DNA of 64,000 bases from Felis catus. Taxonomy: Eukaryota. The notes beneath the pieces are model-generated. The model was not told where the DNA came from. It worked only from the letters and a program-made list of their open reading frames with translations, and did no database searches. The position numbers were made by a program, and so were the translations under genes. Below are positions 24,413 through 37,585 of the stretch, piece by piece. Each line of letters begins with the position of its first letter. Position 1 is the first letter of the stretch. The DNA lies in NCBI RefSeq assembly GCF_018350175.1, contig NC_058372.1:99202001-99266000 (forward strand), given 5' to 3'.

Positions 24413-25238
24413 ATTTCCTGTCTCAGTAAATGGCACCTCACCAGTTGCTTAGGCCAAATGCTGGGTATCTTCTTGTATCCCTCTCTTGTTTTCACAATCC
24501 ACATATTTTTCCAACGGAAAATTCTGGCTGCTCTGCCTTTATGATAGAGCCTGATTCTGAACACTTCTCTCTACCCCCACTGCTAACCTTCCTGTCCAAA
24601 TCATCATCTCCAGCCTGGACTAGGCAACATCCTCCTAATTGGTCTCCATGCTTCCTCCCTTGCCCCCCACATCTCCCCAAAATATAATTCAGAGTAAGAC
24701 ACTCCTTTGCTTGGCAGCTTTCTCTCACTATTAGAATAAAATCAGAGTCCTAGCATGGCGCGGTCTGCTTCTCTGATTCATCTCCCACCTTTTTCTCAAC
24801 CACTCTTCCACTCCAGCCTCCTTGCTCATTGTAAACCACACTCCAGTCCCCACACTTTAACACTTGCTTTTCCCTCTCCTTGAAACTTTTTTTCCACTTT
24901 GACTTTCTGTTTATTTTTCAATTTAAAAATATGCACCCCTTCCCAGATAAAACAGCCACAACTATATTTTAGGGAGATATGTGGGACAAGGGAGAAAGCG
25001 TGGAGACCAATTAGGAGGGGGTGGCACAATCCAGGCTGGAGATGATGGTTTGGACAAGAAGGTTAGTAGTAGGGGTAGAGAGAAGTGCACAGAATCAGGC
25101 TCTATCATAAAGGCAGAGCAGCCAGAATTTTCTGCTGGAAAAGGATATGGAGCGTGAAAACAAGAGAGCGATGAAAGAAGGTACCAGGGGTTTTGGCCTA
25201 AGCAACTGGTGAGGTGCCATTTACTGAGATGGAAAATA
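24413..25238. repeat. Inverted duplication, arms ~24413-24689 and ~24960-25238, spacer ~270 bp
   Basis: Right arm reverse-complements the left arm, e.g. TCTCAGTAAATGGCACCTCACCAGTTGCTTAGGCCAAA and GAAAATTCTGGCTGCTCTGCCTTTATGATAGAGCCTGATTCTG are exact. Confidence 0.95.
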
Positions 25239-25274
25239 AACCCAAATAAATCACCCCCACCAAGAGTCTGGGAC

Positions 25275-25407
25275 TTTACTGAGATATAATTGACACATAA
25301 CACTATGTCAGTTTAAGGTGTACAATGTGATGATCTGATACAGGTATAAATTACAAAATTGTTACTACAGTAAAATTAGTTAACACACCTATCATCTCAT
25401 ATAGTTA

Positions 25408-25449
<42 letters not shown>

Positions 25450-25690
25450 ATGTGGTGAGAAATTCTAAGATCTACTCTCTCAGCAACTTTCCAGTATACA
25501 GTATTATACAGTGTGGTTAACTACAGTCACCATACTATATATTACATCCCTAGGACTTATTCATCTTAATGCTGCAAGTCTATACCCTTTGGCCACCTTC
25601 ACCCATTTCTCCCAAACCGCCTCCCCCCCCCCCACCTCTGGAAACCACCAATCTCTTTTCTGCTTCTATGAGTTCAGTTTCTTCTACCTG
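25275..25690 (-). mobile_element. L1MA/MB-like 3' end with (GT)n microsatellite at ~25410-25448
   Basis: TTTACTGAGATATAATTGACACATAAC... is an L1 3' terminus in antisense. Confidence 0.8.
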
Positions 25691-26381
25691 AGACTTCTGT
25701 CTCCAAGGAGTCACACAACTCATTTCCTTACTTCAGTCAGTTCAAATGTTTCCTCTTCTGAGAAGATTTCTCTGCTGCTCCTACAACATCAGTCTTCACC
25801 ACACTCTAGCCCCTTACTGTGCTATCCTGCTTTATTTTTCTTCAACCTGGCATGTGTATATATAATTTGATATCACTGCTATAGAATATAAACTCCATGA
25901 GGGCAGGGACTTTGACATACAGTAGATGTTCAGCAAGTACATGTTGAATGAATGAATGAACATAATCCAAACATCAGGAATAATGAGATAAAATGCACAC
26001 AATTTTCTAAGAGCCCCAGTGTATCCACACATGAATGGAAGAAGGTTAAGGTCCTGGCTCAAACCCTACACACAACTCAGGCAAATCTTGAGATTTCCTA
26101 AAGAGGAGCCCCCTAACAACGCACTTGCCTTCTTAGAAATCCAGTGAGATTGTTTTAACACAAATACAGGGCAGATGTATTTTCCAGTGAGTAGAAGGGG
26201 TATAGGGGAACAGAAAAGGGAGAAAGGCAGGAACCCAAGAAAAAACAACGTTTTTGTATCCTCCTAAATCTAAATGGTTAGTTGTTTAATTGGGTGACTT
26301 GAACTCCTTGGCACATGAGTAAATACTCCAATGTCCTGTGGCCTCATGGTTTCCAGGTCCCAACTCTCATCCCAGCCTGGA

Positions 26382-26389
26382 CTTTCTTT

Positions 26390-26453
<64 letters not shown>

Positions 26454-26665
26454 TCATGTTTATTTATTTTTGAGAGAGAGAGAGGGAGACAGACAGACAG
26501 AGTAGGAGCGGGGGAGGGGCAGAGAGGAAGAGAGAGACACAGAATCTGAAGCAGGCTCCAGGCTCTGAGCTGTCAGCACAGAGCCCGACGTGGGGCTCGA
26601 ACTCACAAACCACGAGATCATGACCTGAGCCAAAGTCAGACGCTTAACTGACTGAGCTACCAGCC
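26382..26665 (-). mobile_element. Feline SINE with tail expanded into a (TTTC)n microsatellite
   Basis: SINE body plus ~18 TTTC units; TSD CAGCCTGGA.TTTCT. Confidence 0.9.
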
Positions 26666-27444
26666 TGGAGTTTCTGTTCAAAGTCTCTTTGGAACTATAT
26701 CTAGTCATCTAAGAGGTAGCCACAAATTGGAGAGAAACCAAAGAACAAATGGTGATTAAGTTCCTTGATGGGCAAAGAGTGACCTGGAGCTTTATTTATA
26801 AAATGCTAAGTACACATCAGATTATAAAGTTAGTAATAAATGTATGGAAACAGATTTTCTGCCCATGGCTAAGAAATCACCAACATGAGCAGGAAGGGGA
26901 TTTGTTTGATGTGGTGGGGGACAGGCAGAAGCCCACAAAACTGCTGCCAGTGCAGGTCTGCAAGCCATTTCTCAAAGGCTCTGTCGCACCTTGCCCTCCC
27001 CATGGTCTAGACAGACAGCCACATGCTATCAAACCAAAGTCCTTCTTCAACAGAGCCCAGGCAGGGCCTGCCTGAGGGAAGTTTCTGGAGTAGAGCTTTT
27101 TGGCACCCCCTCACTTCCCCGACCACACCTCCCTCCCACTCCAGGGACCCCCATCACCTCTATTCCCAGGCTCCAGGCTGGGGCTGATCTCTAAATATCA
27201 CTCCCACTCCCACTGCCCCCTCACTCTGTCCCACCCGCCTGAAGGCTCCCAGCTAAAATTACCTCCTCCTCCTCTGTCAAAGCCCTGCTTCCCAAAGCCA
27301 GTGATTCTAGATGGAATTTATGTTAATATTGGGTCCTCTTGTAGGAAAAAAATATCTCGGCTCCTCCACTGCCTGTGAATGATGATGTCTCTGGCATTTC
27401 TTATCTTTGGCCTTTTTCTTTTCTTGCCCTATATTCTCTCTTGA

Positions 27445-28160
27445 TTGAGCAGACTCACCAGTATTGGAACCCAGAAAACACCACCAAAACTGCGGTAAGG
27501 GAAAGCATGGACTTGCCAGCGTCCCCGTAGTATTCAAAGGGGAAAGGGCAAACGCGGGTGAGGTCTTGGAGTCTAGTTTCAGGAAGGTCTTTCCATAGGC
27601 TTGACTGGGCTTGGAAAAGGATCTTAATATATGAGTTTAGAATTGGAGAACACAGAAAGGTAAGGATTTTGAAGCAAGGCATTAAGAGTCCTGGGAAGTA
27701 GGGGCACCTGGGTGGCTCAGTCAGTCAAACAACCGACTCTTGGTTCATTCAGCTCCGGTCATGATCTCATGATTTGTGGGATCGAGCCCCACATTGGGCT
27801 CTGTGCTGACAGCATGGAGCCTGCATTGGATTCTCTCTCCCTCTCTCTCTGCCACTTACTCTCTTTCCAAATAAACTTCTAAAAATGAATTAAAAATAAA
27901 AAGAGTCTTGGGAAGTAAACAGTTGTCTCAGGCTTTTTATTGAGTTTGAAGAGTATGATGATCATTTAAATGCTTTGGGGAAATCTCTGAAATGAACAAT
28001 AAGGTATTTGTAACTTTTATCTTCCTCGGCAAGAGTTTTCTAGAATAGTAAAGTCATGTTAATGAAGACAGAAAAATAGTAAAATTATGTCAATGTGGAC
28101 AGTCGAAGAAGCTGATGGGATGAGAGCAGGCATGTTTTGAGCTCAGTTTTATGCCTGACA
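27445..28160 (-). mobile_element. Probable solo LTR with a SINE insert (27701-27900)
   Basis: TG..CA termini, TTTATT polyA signal; SINE TSD AAGAGTC(C/T)TGGGAAGTA. Confidence 0.45.
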
Positions 28161-28919
28161 CACAGAAAATAATGGGTACATTGACCCGAACGGCCTTGGA
28201 ATGCACTGTTAAGAGCTCACGCTCTGCAATTGACAACCTGGTTGTAAATTCCACCTCCATCACTTAAAAACTTTGACACGCAGGCCAAGTAACATCTCTC
28301 TGATGTCACTACGTGGTCAAAATGATTGAATTCAAGTAACAGTCCTACCTTACGGCCCAGTGGTGAGATCAATTAGCTAAGCCCTGTAAAGTGCTCTTGA
28401 TACTTTTTCAGTTGCAAATAGCAGCAAACCGTGCTCAAACTAGAGCCAGAAAGGGACTTTTTTGACTCACTGTGGGAGAAGTCCAAAGGTAGAGCTAGCA
28501 GGATGTGTGATGTGATCCAGAGGGACAAACAGTGCCTTGGGTTTCCCTTTCTCTTATTCTCCATCTCTTCTCTTCTCTGCTTTTCTGTGTAGATTTGAAT
28601 CCCAGATGAGCCAAAGCCTCTCATCAAAGGCAGGGCAGGGAATTCTCTGATTGGCTGGCCTACATCACATGTTTGGTTCTCATTTTAAACATTTTATAGT
28701 CACACATATCTATAAATAACAGTACTTTATATACATTATCCCATTTTATCTCAAAACAATGGAGTTATATAGGGGAAATGAGGCTCAGAGCTATTAAGTA
28801 TGTTTGAATTTACCCAACTAGTGAACGGCAGAGCTGGGATTTGAATTAGTTTTCCCCTGATTCCATAAGCCTGCACACTTTCCATTGTGCAAACTGGACT
28901 CTCTGGGAAAATATTTCTC

Positions 28920-31720
28920 TTTTTAAAAAAATGTCTATTTATTTATTTTGAGAGAGAGAGAGAGAGTGGGGGCAGGGCAGAGAAAGAGAGAGAGATGGAG
29001 AGAGAGAATCCCAAGCAGACTCCACACTGAGCAGGAAGCCCCACCTCAGGCTCGATCCCACAACCCTGGGGTCATGACCTGAGCTGAAATCAAGAGTCAC
29101 AGGCTGAACTAAGTCACTTAGGGACCCAGACTACATTTCCTTCTTAAATAGCTGCATGATATTTTTCTATTCTATAAATATACCATAGTCCATTTATCTA
29201 AACTTCTATTGTTGAAAATCATGCTACAATGAACATAGGGGTCCATACAGCTTTTCAAGTTAATGTTTCCCAGTTAGTGGAACTGCTGGGTCATATGGCA
29301 GTTCTATTTTTAATTTTTGGAGGAAACTCTATACTGTTTTCCACAATGGCTGCACCAATTTACATTCCCACCAACCGGGCATGAAGATTACCTTTTCTCC
29401 ACATCCTCACCAACACCTGTTATTATCTTTTTCATACCAGCCATTCTAACAAGTATGAGGTGACATCTCATTATGGTTTTAATTTGCATCTCCCTGATGA
29501 TTAGTGGTGTCGAACATCTTCTCATGTAGTTCTGAATTCTTTCTTTAACCAGAACTTCCATATTGCTTTTCATTTGTTTTTTCAGTTACAGTGTAAATAA
29601 AGTCTTCCATTAGATCTTCAAATTGATTATTATTTTTTATTATTTTTATATTTCAAAGGCTGTTTATTCTGTGTGTGTCTGTGTGTGTGTGTTTTAACCA
29701 AGCCAAATTACTTCCCATATTGTTTAACATCATTTGTCAGATGAATCTCTCTTAAACTTTCTAAATATAACATTACCTCATTAAAAAAAAATTTAATGTT
29801 TATTTACTTTTGAGAGAGAGAGAGAGAGAGAGACAGAGTGTGAGTGGGGGAGGGTCAGAGAGAGAGGGAGACACAGAATCCGAAGCAGGCTCCAGACTCT
29901 GAGCTGTCAGCACGGAGCACGACACAGGGCTCAAACTCACAAATGGTGAGATCAGACCTGAGCTGAAGTCAGACGCCCAAACGACTGAACCACCCAGGTG
30001 CCCTATAACATTACCTCATTTGTAATAGTGGTTATGTTAACCCCTTCTTTCTTTCAGTATTCCTCTAACTTCTTTCTTTTACCTAACTGAATTAGCTAAT
30101 ACCTGCAGAATGATGTTAAATAATTGTAGTGTTACTAGACATCCTTGCCTCATTTCTGACTTTAATGCAAACATACATTATTTCACCATGACACTAAATG
30201 CTGGCTTTTAGACTAAGATAGATCTATTGAATCATGTTAAGAAAGTGTCCAACTATTGCTAAGTTTACTGCATCTTTACCAGGCATAGATATTGAATTTG
30301 ATCAAATGCCTTCCTCATACCTGTTGGAAAGATAATGTTAATGTTTTCCTATCACAAAATTAGATTTCCTAAAATTGAAGAGTCCTTACATTCCTGGAAT
30401 TCCTAATTGTTAATGTTAGTGTTCTTTTAATGTGCTACTGAAGTTTGATTGCTAATATTTATGCTGGATTGTTGGGTTGACATTCATAAGTGAGATTTTT
30501 CTACAGTTGTGTAATCATTATTGCATATTATCAGTGTTATGTTGGCTTCATATAAAATAATTTATTTCTCTTTCTAGGCTCTGGAACAGTTTAAATAGCA
30601 TTAGAGTCATCTGCATCGTTCATAAAATTCTTCTTTTTTAATGATTCCTTGCTTTACCAACTTTTTTTTAATGTTTACCAACTTCTTAACAATGTTTTTA
30701 ATGTTAACTTTTTTTTAAGTTTTGAGAGAGAGCACGAGCGGGGGAGGGGCAGAAGCAGAGAGGAGACAGAGGATTCGAAGTGGGTTCTGCACGGACAGCA
30801 GCAAGCCCGATGAGGGGCTTGAACCCAAGAACTGTGAGATCATGACCTGAGCCAAAGTCGGACGCTCAACTGAGTGAGCCACACAGGCGTCCCGCTTTAC
30901 CAACTTTTTCAGTTAATTAACCACCTACTTGTCCTAACTGCCTTAGGTAAAAATATTGTTATTATTTCCAAATACGGTAACATTCATTATCCTTATAACC
31001 ATAAGGATATTAAAATATCATTAAAATGAGGAAATAATCAGAGAAATGTGCAAATGTCTATATGCAAAATATTTCAATACAGTATTATTTATAATGAAAG
31101 CAGAAAAGGAAACAACTTGAGAGCTAACTATTCAGAGAGGACTGGTTAAATTATGGTGTTTTCTATATAATAAAATACTGTGCAGCTATTAAAAATGACG
31201 TTTTGATATGGGAAAATAGGGTTTCCAGGGTTTGTTTTGTTTTGTTGTAGAGAGAGAGCACGCATGCTAGCAGGCGAGAGGGGCAGAGGGGGAGAGAGAG
31301 AGAATCCCAATCCACGCTCAGCACGGAGCCCGACACTGGGCTTAATGCCACCACCCTGGGACCACAACCTAAGCTGAAATCAAGAGTCAGCCACTCAACG
31401 GACTGAGCCCCCCAGGTGCCCCAGGACTTTCAGTTACTATACATTCCTAAACCGTCTGAAGTTTTTGCACCAGGAAATTGTTACTTTGATAGTAAATAAT
31501 ATATAATTTTAAAATAAAAACTAAATGATGGTGTAGTTGTATATTTGTTAACATGGAAGGATGTTCACAACAGACGGTAATGCATGTTTCAGAGCAATAT
31601 GATCCCGTTTTTTAATGTGTGTTTCTTCAGTTATAGAAAAAGCTTGGAGGTGATTTTCTTGAGCTAAATGAGTTTTGGATATTTTTATTTTTTACTTATA
31701 TGCATTTTCCATGTTCTTAG
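28920..31720. mobile_element. Old L1M fragments with four minus-strand SINEs (28920-29128, 29790-30004, 30710-30893, 31230-31422)
   Basis: ORF 29388-29573 is L1 ORF2-like (IIREMQIKTIMRCHL); SINE heads, tails and TSDs. Confidence 0.75.
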
Positions 31721-32132
31721 GGTGATTATAAATTAGATGGATGGATGGGCAGATACATAAAAAGATGGATGAAGTGCAGAATTTCAGGATTAAACAAGAA
31801 CCATCATGGAATTAACTGGATGAAAGGTCAGGCATGCTAATTGGCTCCAGTCGACTTAAATAAGTCTCCCAGTACAAACCACTGGTGAAAGAAGATAGTA
31901 TTTTCTAGCCTCATCCCTCATCTTTCATGCCACAAATTGGAAATTGAGCACCCACCACCCAGCTGTACGGTCTCCTACAGTAGCTCTGAATTTCCAGCAC
32001 TGGGGAAGGACGTGAAAGGAGGAAGGAGAAGAGACAAGAATATATAGGCCTAATCCTACATAATTGCCACAGACCTTCAATGTTCTCCACCTTTCAAGGG
32101 AAGAATCCACTAAATGAGTTAATTCAATAAAT

Positions 32133-32290
32133 TAGTGGTTCTCTAAGCATGGTCCCACAGCAGCAGGAGCATCACCTAGGAACTTGTTACAAAGGCAGTT
32201 TCTCAAGCCCCACCCTAGACTAGCTGAGCCAGGAGCTTTGGGAGTGGGACCCAGCAATCTGTGTTTGATGCGCCCATTCTGAGGCCTACA
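32133..32290. mobile_element. MER5A-like hAT DNA transposon
   Basis: AGTGGTTCTC...CAGCAG..GCATCACCT.GGAACTTGTTA...CCCAGCAATCTGTGTTT. Confidence 0.75.
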
Positions 32291-34545
32291 AACCCGCTTA
32301 CATCAATATTCCCAATCCAAGAGGATTGTCTGAGGCAGGCTGGTTTAACAGCTGAGGGGGAAGAAAAGTCTCCTTCCTTCTAGGAAATCTCAGAAAACGC
32401 AGAAAAAATTAAAGTCAGTACAAAGCTGAAGAAGATTCCTGAGTTTCAGGGAACTATTTCTCATGTTAATCAAGTCTTTAACATTTGTCTGAGACTATCC
32501 GTATATCAAAATCTATAGAGTACTATAGAATATAGTATATAGAATATATATATCCTATCATAGGATCCTAGAATGACAGACTGTCACAGCTGCTTGAACC
32601 TTGGAGATCATTCTGGAACAGCCTCTGGTTTTTACAGATAAAGACGCTGTGCTGAGAGAGTCCACTAGGCAAACAGCAAAGTACAAACAAGGTGCATCCT
32701 CGATTGTTTGGAGTTGTTCCCAATAGGCCCAAAGAGACCCAAGCTGTGGTTACTTAATAATGTACCAAAGGGTCACCCATACTGCCAAATGAAGTCTTCC
32801 TAGCAGAAGCCAAAGATTCTTTGAGGGTAAGATCTTCACCTTTCCAGACCAATGACAACAATCTCTAGACAAACCTAACCAAGTTCATTCTCACAAGCTT
32901 TCTTACTGAGAATGAATTTTAGCTCATGACAAAACTGAACATGAATCCCAGACCTTTCCCAGAAAGGCCAGGGTGAGCAGTCTAATTCAATTATTTTCCT
33001 CCCAAATAATTTCACATGAACTCTTTATGAAAATGCATTTTCTTTGTCAACCCTTAAACTCATGCTCTTCAAGGATGTAAGAAAGCATTGAGTCAACTTT
33101 TAGTAATTTCCTAACATAATAACAATCTGATATCAGGCAAGATTTTTTACTTGAAAGTTCTGTTTCAACAAATATCAGGGACATAGCCAATGGATAATTA
33201 CTTGAAATAAGAGAGTCAGTGGCCAACGCTTAGGTCACTGTTTTGTTCTCTATCCATGTTTTGCTATTGTTGTAATAGTATTTCGGTATAGGATTCTTTG
33301 AGTTTAGGATTGAACTCCTCTGGAACTTGGACTCCTCCATGAGATTTTTGTCTGTGGTCAAATAAAAAGAAAGTATAATCATTTTGGAATCACATTCCTG
33401 GAAAAAAGCATTAATAAATCAATATGCTTTTATACACAAACTACTTTGCTGATCACTGGGGGGATCAACCAGAAAAGTTTAACACATAGTCTCTGCCTTA
33501 AATAGCTTCATTACCAACAAAACCGTTCACTAGACCTGTATAGGCAGAACTGAAAGCTAAGAAATCTCAAAACAAGTTTAAAACCTAGTGGTCATGTCTT
33601 GTTTGAGTCACTAGATGTCCTTTCACCCTCATTTTTATAAAATATTTTCTTCTGGGAGCAACCTTCTCCCCCTCTCTCCTGCAGGAACAAATCCAGGTTT
33701 TGTGAAGTCCACAGTTTATGCAATTGCAGAAACCACTCTAAAGGATAAAAAAATATATTTAGAATAAGAAAAAAATCACAATGCATTACAAATTTCAAAA
33801 AGCTGACAAATACAAAAAAAATCACAAAATCTCAAAAACTTACCTAATAGTGTTATTACTGAATGCTCTGACATTCTTTATAATCCTTTTCTACTCCATG
33901 ACATTGTTTGCTGGATCAAACCTTACCTGAAGCTAACTACCTGTGGACTTTTCTGTTAGATAAGCCATTATTTCTCTTTATTGTCTAAGCTACTTTGAGT
34001 TATTTACAATACAGAATACTAATTGATACAAAGATTATGAAAAACTCATAATAAACTTCAATTATAGATAGATTTCCATCCACAAAGTATTTTAGGATTT
34101 ATCCCAGCTTGCAAAATATAGAATGATTTGTGCAATCACACAGCAATTTCCTCCAAGAGCAGAAACAACTTAGAATCACTTAATTTTTAGCACTGTGTGA
34201 TCAATATGATCAAACCACACAAGGATATGTGCAGGAATAAACACATTTGTTAGGTCAGAACAATAAAATGAAAAGATTATTATTGCCTTTACCAAGTATT
34301 TATTAATTAGCTCTTAATGGGAAATGGTTAAATGGCTCCTTTGGTGTGGTTGCCTAGAATTAATCATTGCCTAGTACTGTTTTTTTCCCCAATGGAATAA
34401 GGAAATAGTCAATCTGCGTGAAGATGAAAAACAAGTGGGGAAAAGTTTAATTGGCTAAAAACTGTATTTACTTAAAATCCATTAAGAGCATTGGAAAGAA
34501 GCAAGCAGAAATCATAACATGTAGACAAGCATTGGATAATGTAGC

Positions 34546-34812
34546 TTTTTATTTTATTTTATTTTATTTTATTTTATTTTATTTTATTTTTTTCAACGTT
34601 TATTTATTTTTGGGACAGAGAGAGACAGAGCATGAACGGGGGAGGGGCAGAGAGAGAGGGAGACACAGAATCGGAAACAGGCTCCAGGCTCTGAGCCATC
34701 ATCAGCCCGGCGCCCGACGCGGGGCTCGAACTCCCGGACCGCGAGATCGGACCGCGAGATCGTGACCTGGCTGAAGTCGGATGCTTAACCGACTGCGCCA
34801 CCCAGGCGCCCG
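34546..34812 (-). mobile_element. Young SINEC_Fc-type SINE with (TTTTA)n tail and internal duplications
   Basis: CpG-rich; TSD ATGTAGCTTT. Confidence 0.93.
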
Positions 34813-35949
34813 TGATGTAGCTTTGAGACAGAAGTGTGCTGTGAGAAAACAGCAACAGCCCTGAGTAGAAAACGCTATACAACTTTTAGCAGTACGGGAA
34901 ATGGTCCTTTTGAGAGTGTGGGAGCTCAGCGTGGGTCTGCTTGGAATAATGAAAGAAAGGAACCAAAACAAGAATCACAGAATATGATGGAATGGAACCC
35001 TGTGGGGCTCACGGTGTGACGACTGCCTGCAAAGCACACTAAGTCCTAGCATGTGTGTCTTTTACAACTATGGCTTCTTTGATGATGACCTTCTTGGATT
35101 TACCTGGAACCGTGAAAGGAGAAAAGCGCAGCATAATTTGAGAGGTCTGCAAAAACAGTTCATGTTCGGGATGGATTTTCTTACAGCAATTTGACAAAAC
35201 AACCTATGCAGTTACTGCTCGTAGTGGAAAAGTAGGTTCCGTGGCAGAATCACAGCACCGTGGGGTGGGGCCGCAGAGAGCGCCTCATCTAGAATGTTCT
35301 TGGCACATAAATTAAGGGACTTCTCAAAGGCCTCAGTCAGCTAGTAGCACAGTGGGTCGTAACTGACTCTGTGTAACTTAGGTTGAAAGGTTAGTTGAGC
35401 TCAAGGAGGAACGTTTGTTCCAAGTTGTGAAATGCATGCCTCCCACCCCCCTGCAAATTTATTCCTCAGTTTTCACAAGCTTCCTTCTCTCCACCTGCTC
35501 TCAGCAGATACCTGAGAATATCCTCCCTTCCCCCCCCCCCCAACTTCAGTTATAAATTGAGATTTATTCTTACAGAAAAATACACCTCCATAGGTTATAT
35601 GTTCCGGGAGGAATCTCATCCATTATCACATCTTGACCTCCTAGCCTGGTGGTGGCTCTCAGCCAATGTTTGTACAATGAACGCAATGCCACAAAAGGTA
35701 ACTGAATTGCTCAGTAAAGGCTCCCCCTGTTCAGCTGGCTTTCGATTTCTTTGGTTTTCTAGAACAGCTCACCGCCCTACCTTGCCAGTAGGCACACCAG
35801 TCTTTCCTTGCCAATTCACTTATGTTTTATGACACAGCTTTAACCAGCCGTCCTCCGTCATAGGCGAAACTTCTCACTCACCCCTGGTGGGACTGCCTTC
35901 AACACGCAGCCCCTCAGTCTTGGCTGATTCTTATTTCTTACTGCACTAA

Positions 35950-36810
35950 GGACACAGTAGAGAAAAAACCAGTCGAGGATATGTACACACTCCCAGCACC
36001 ACATCTACCCATGTTCCTGCCGCATGCTTACATACTCTGTTCTCTCACTGCTGTGAAGGGCGGACTCTGTTCTAACTCAGGCCAGCCCTGCAACTTGTGA
36101 GCTGCGTCCCTATCTCCTCTCTCCTGCTCCAGGTCATCAATCATGCCCTTACCTCCTCTCTCCTCCCGCACTCCCCTCTCAGCTTGGGATCTCTCCTCTG
36201 CATACAAGAATGTCTCCGTATCTTGATCTTAGCATTCTCTCTCCCCTGGCTTCCTCCTCTGTCGATGGCGAGTCCTTCTCAGTGTCCTTTACTGGGTCTT
36301 TTTCCTTTCTCCAATTTCTAAACGTTGGAATGCTCTGAGAGTCCATGGACCTCTTCTCACTGCGCCTGCACTCTCTCATAGGTCTCGTGGTTTTAAATAC
36401 CATCCTCACAGCCCTGACTCCCCAATCAGGATCTCTGGCCCTGAGCTTTGCCCTGAACTCCAGTTTCTTGGCATCTCCACTGGGAAGTCGGATGGGCATT
36501 CAACCTTGATGTTTTCCAAAACAGAATTTGTGATAATTGAGCTTCTCCCCAAGACTGCTCATCCACCAGGGTCCTATATCATAGTAAGTGGTACCTTCAA
36601 TCTCTGGAATCTCTTTGACTCTTCTCTCACAGGCTACCTGTAAGCATCAGCAAATCATGTTACCTCTACCTCCAAAATGTACCCCATTCCAGCCGCTGAT
36701 CAGCCACTTCTCTGGGCTACTGCAGTGGCCTCTCAACCCATTTCCCTTCTCTCCTTCTTGTTGGTTGACCCCAGCCTATTCGCAACACAACAGCCAGAGT
36801 GATCCTTTGG
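35950..36810. mobile_element. L2 fragment
   Basis: L2-like phrases (CACAACAGCCAGAGTGATCCTTT etc.). Confidence 0.65.
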
Positions 36811-36881
36811 AAATACGGGAACCGTTGCAGAACTCTTAGAGCAACTCTCACAAGAGAACATGTACTAGAAGTGTTATTGTT

Positions 36882-37585
36882 GGGGTGCCTGGGCAGCTCA
36901 GTGTCCAACTTTGGCTCAGTTCATGATCTCACGGTTCATGAGTTTGAGCCCCACGTCGGGCTCTCTGCTGTCAGCACAGAAGCCCACGTCGGATTCTCTC
37001 TCTCTCTCTCTCTCTCTCTGCCCCTCTCTTGCTTGTTCTCTGTATCTCTCCCTCTCAAAATGAATAAATAGGCTTTTTTAAAAAATTAGGGGCAACTGGG
37101 TGGCTCAGTCAGTTAAGCGTCCGACTTCTGCTCACGTCATGACCTCACAGCTTGTGGGTTCAAGCTGCGCATTGGGCTCTGTGCTGACAGCTCAGAGGTT
37201 GGAGTCTGCTTCAGATTCTGTGTCTCCCTCTCTCGGCCCCACCCCTGTTTGTGCTCTGTCTCTCAAAATGAATAAACGTTAAAACATTTTTTTAGGGGTG
37301 CCTGGGTGGCTTGGTCGGTTAAGCGTCTGACTTCGGCTCAGGTCATGATCTTGCGGTCCGTGAGTTCGAGCCCCACGCCGGGCTCTGTGCTGACTGCTCA
37401 GAGCCTGGAGCCTGTTTCAGATTCTGTGTCTCCCTCTCTCTCTGCCCCTCCCCTGTTCATGCTCTGTCTCTCTCTGTCTCAAGGATAAACGTTAAAAAAA
37501 ACCCAAAAAACAACAAAAAAACCCAAAAAACAAAAAACAAAAAAAACCATTTTTTTAAATAATAAATAAAGAAAGAAGAGGAAGA
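36882..37585 (+). mobile_element. Three head-to-tail feline SINEs
   Basis: Heads at ~36882, 37088 and 37295; single outer TSD AGAA(G/A)TGTTA(T/C)TGTT. Confidence 0.9.

Larger units (their letters stand above)
23290..25960. mobile_element. Fragmented L2 element hosting LTR, MER58, inverted duplication and L1 inserts
   Basis: L2-like phrases ending in the L2 3' terminus TGTTGAATGAATGAATGAA at ~25942-25960. Confidence 0.7.
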
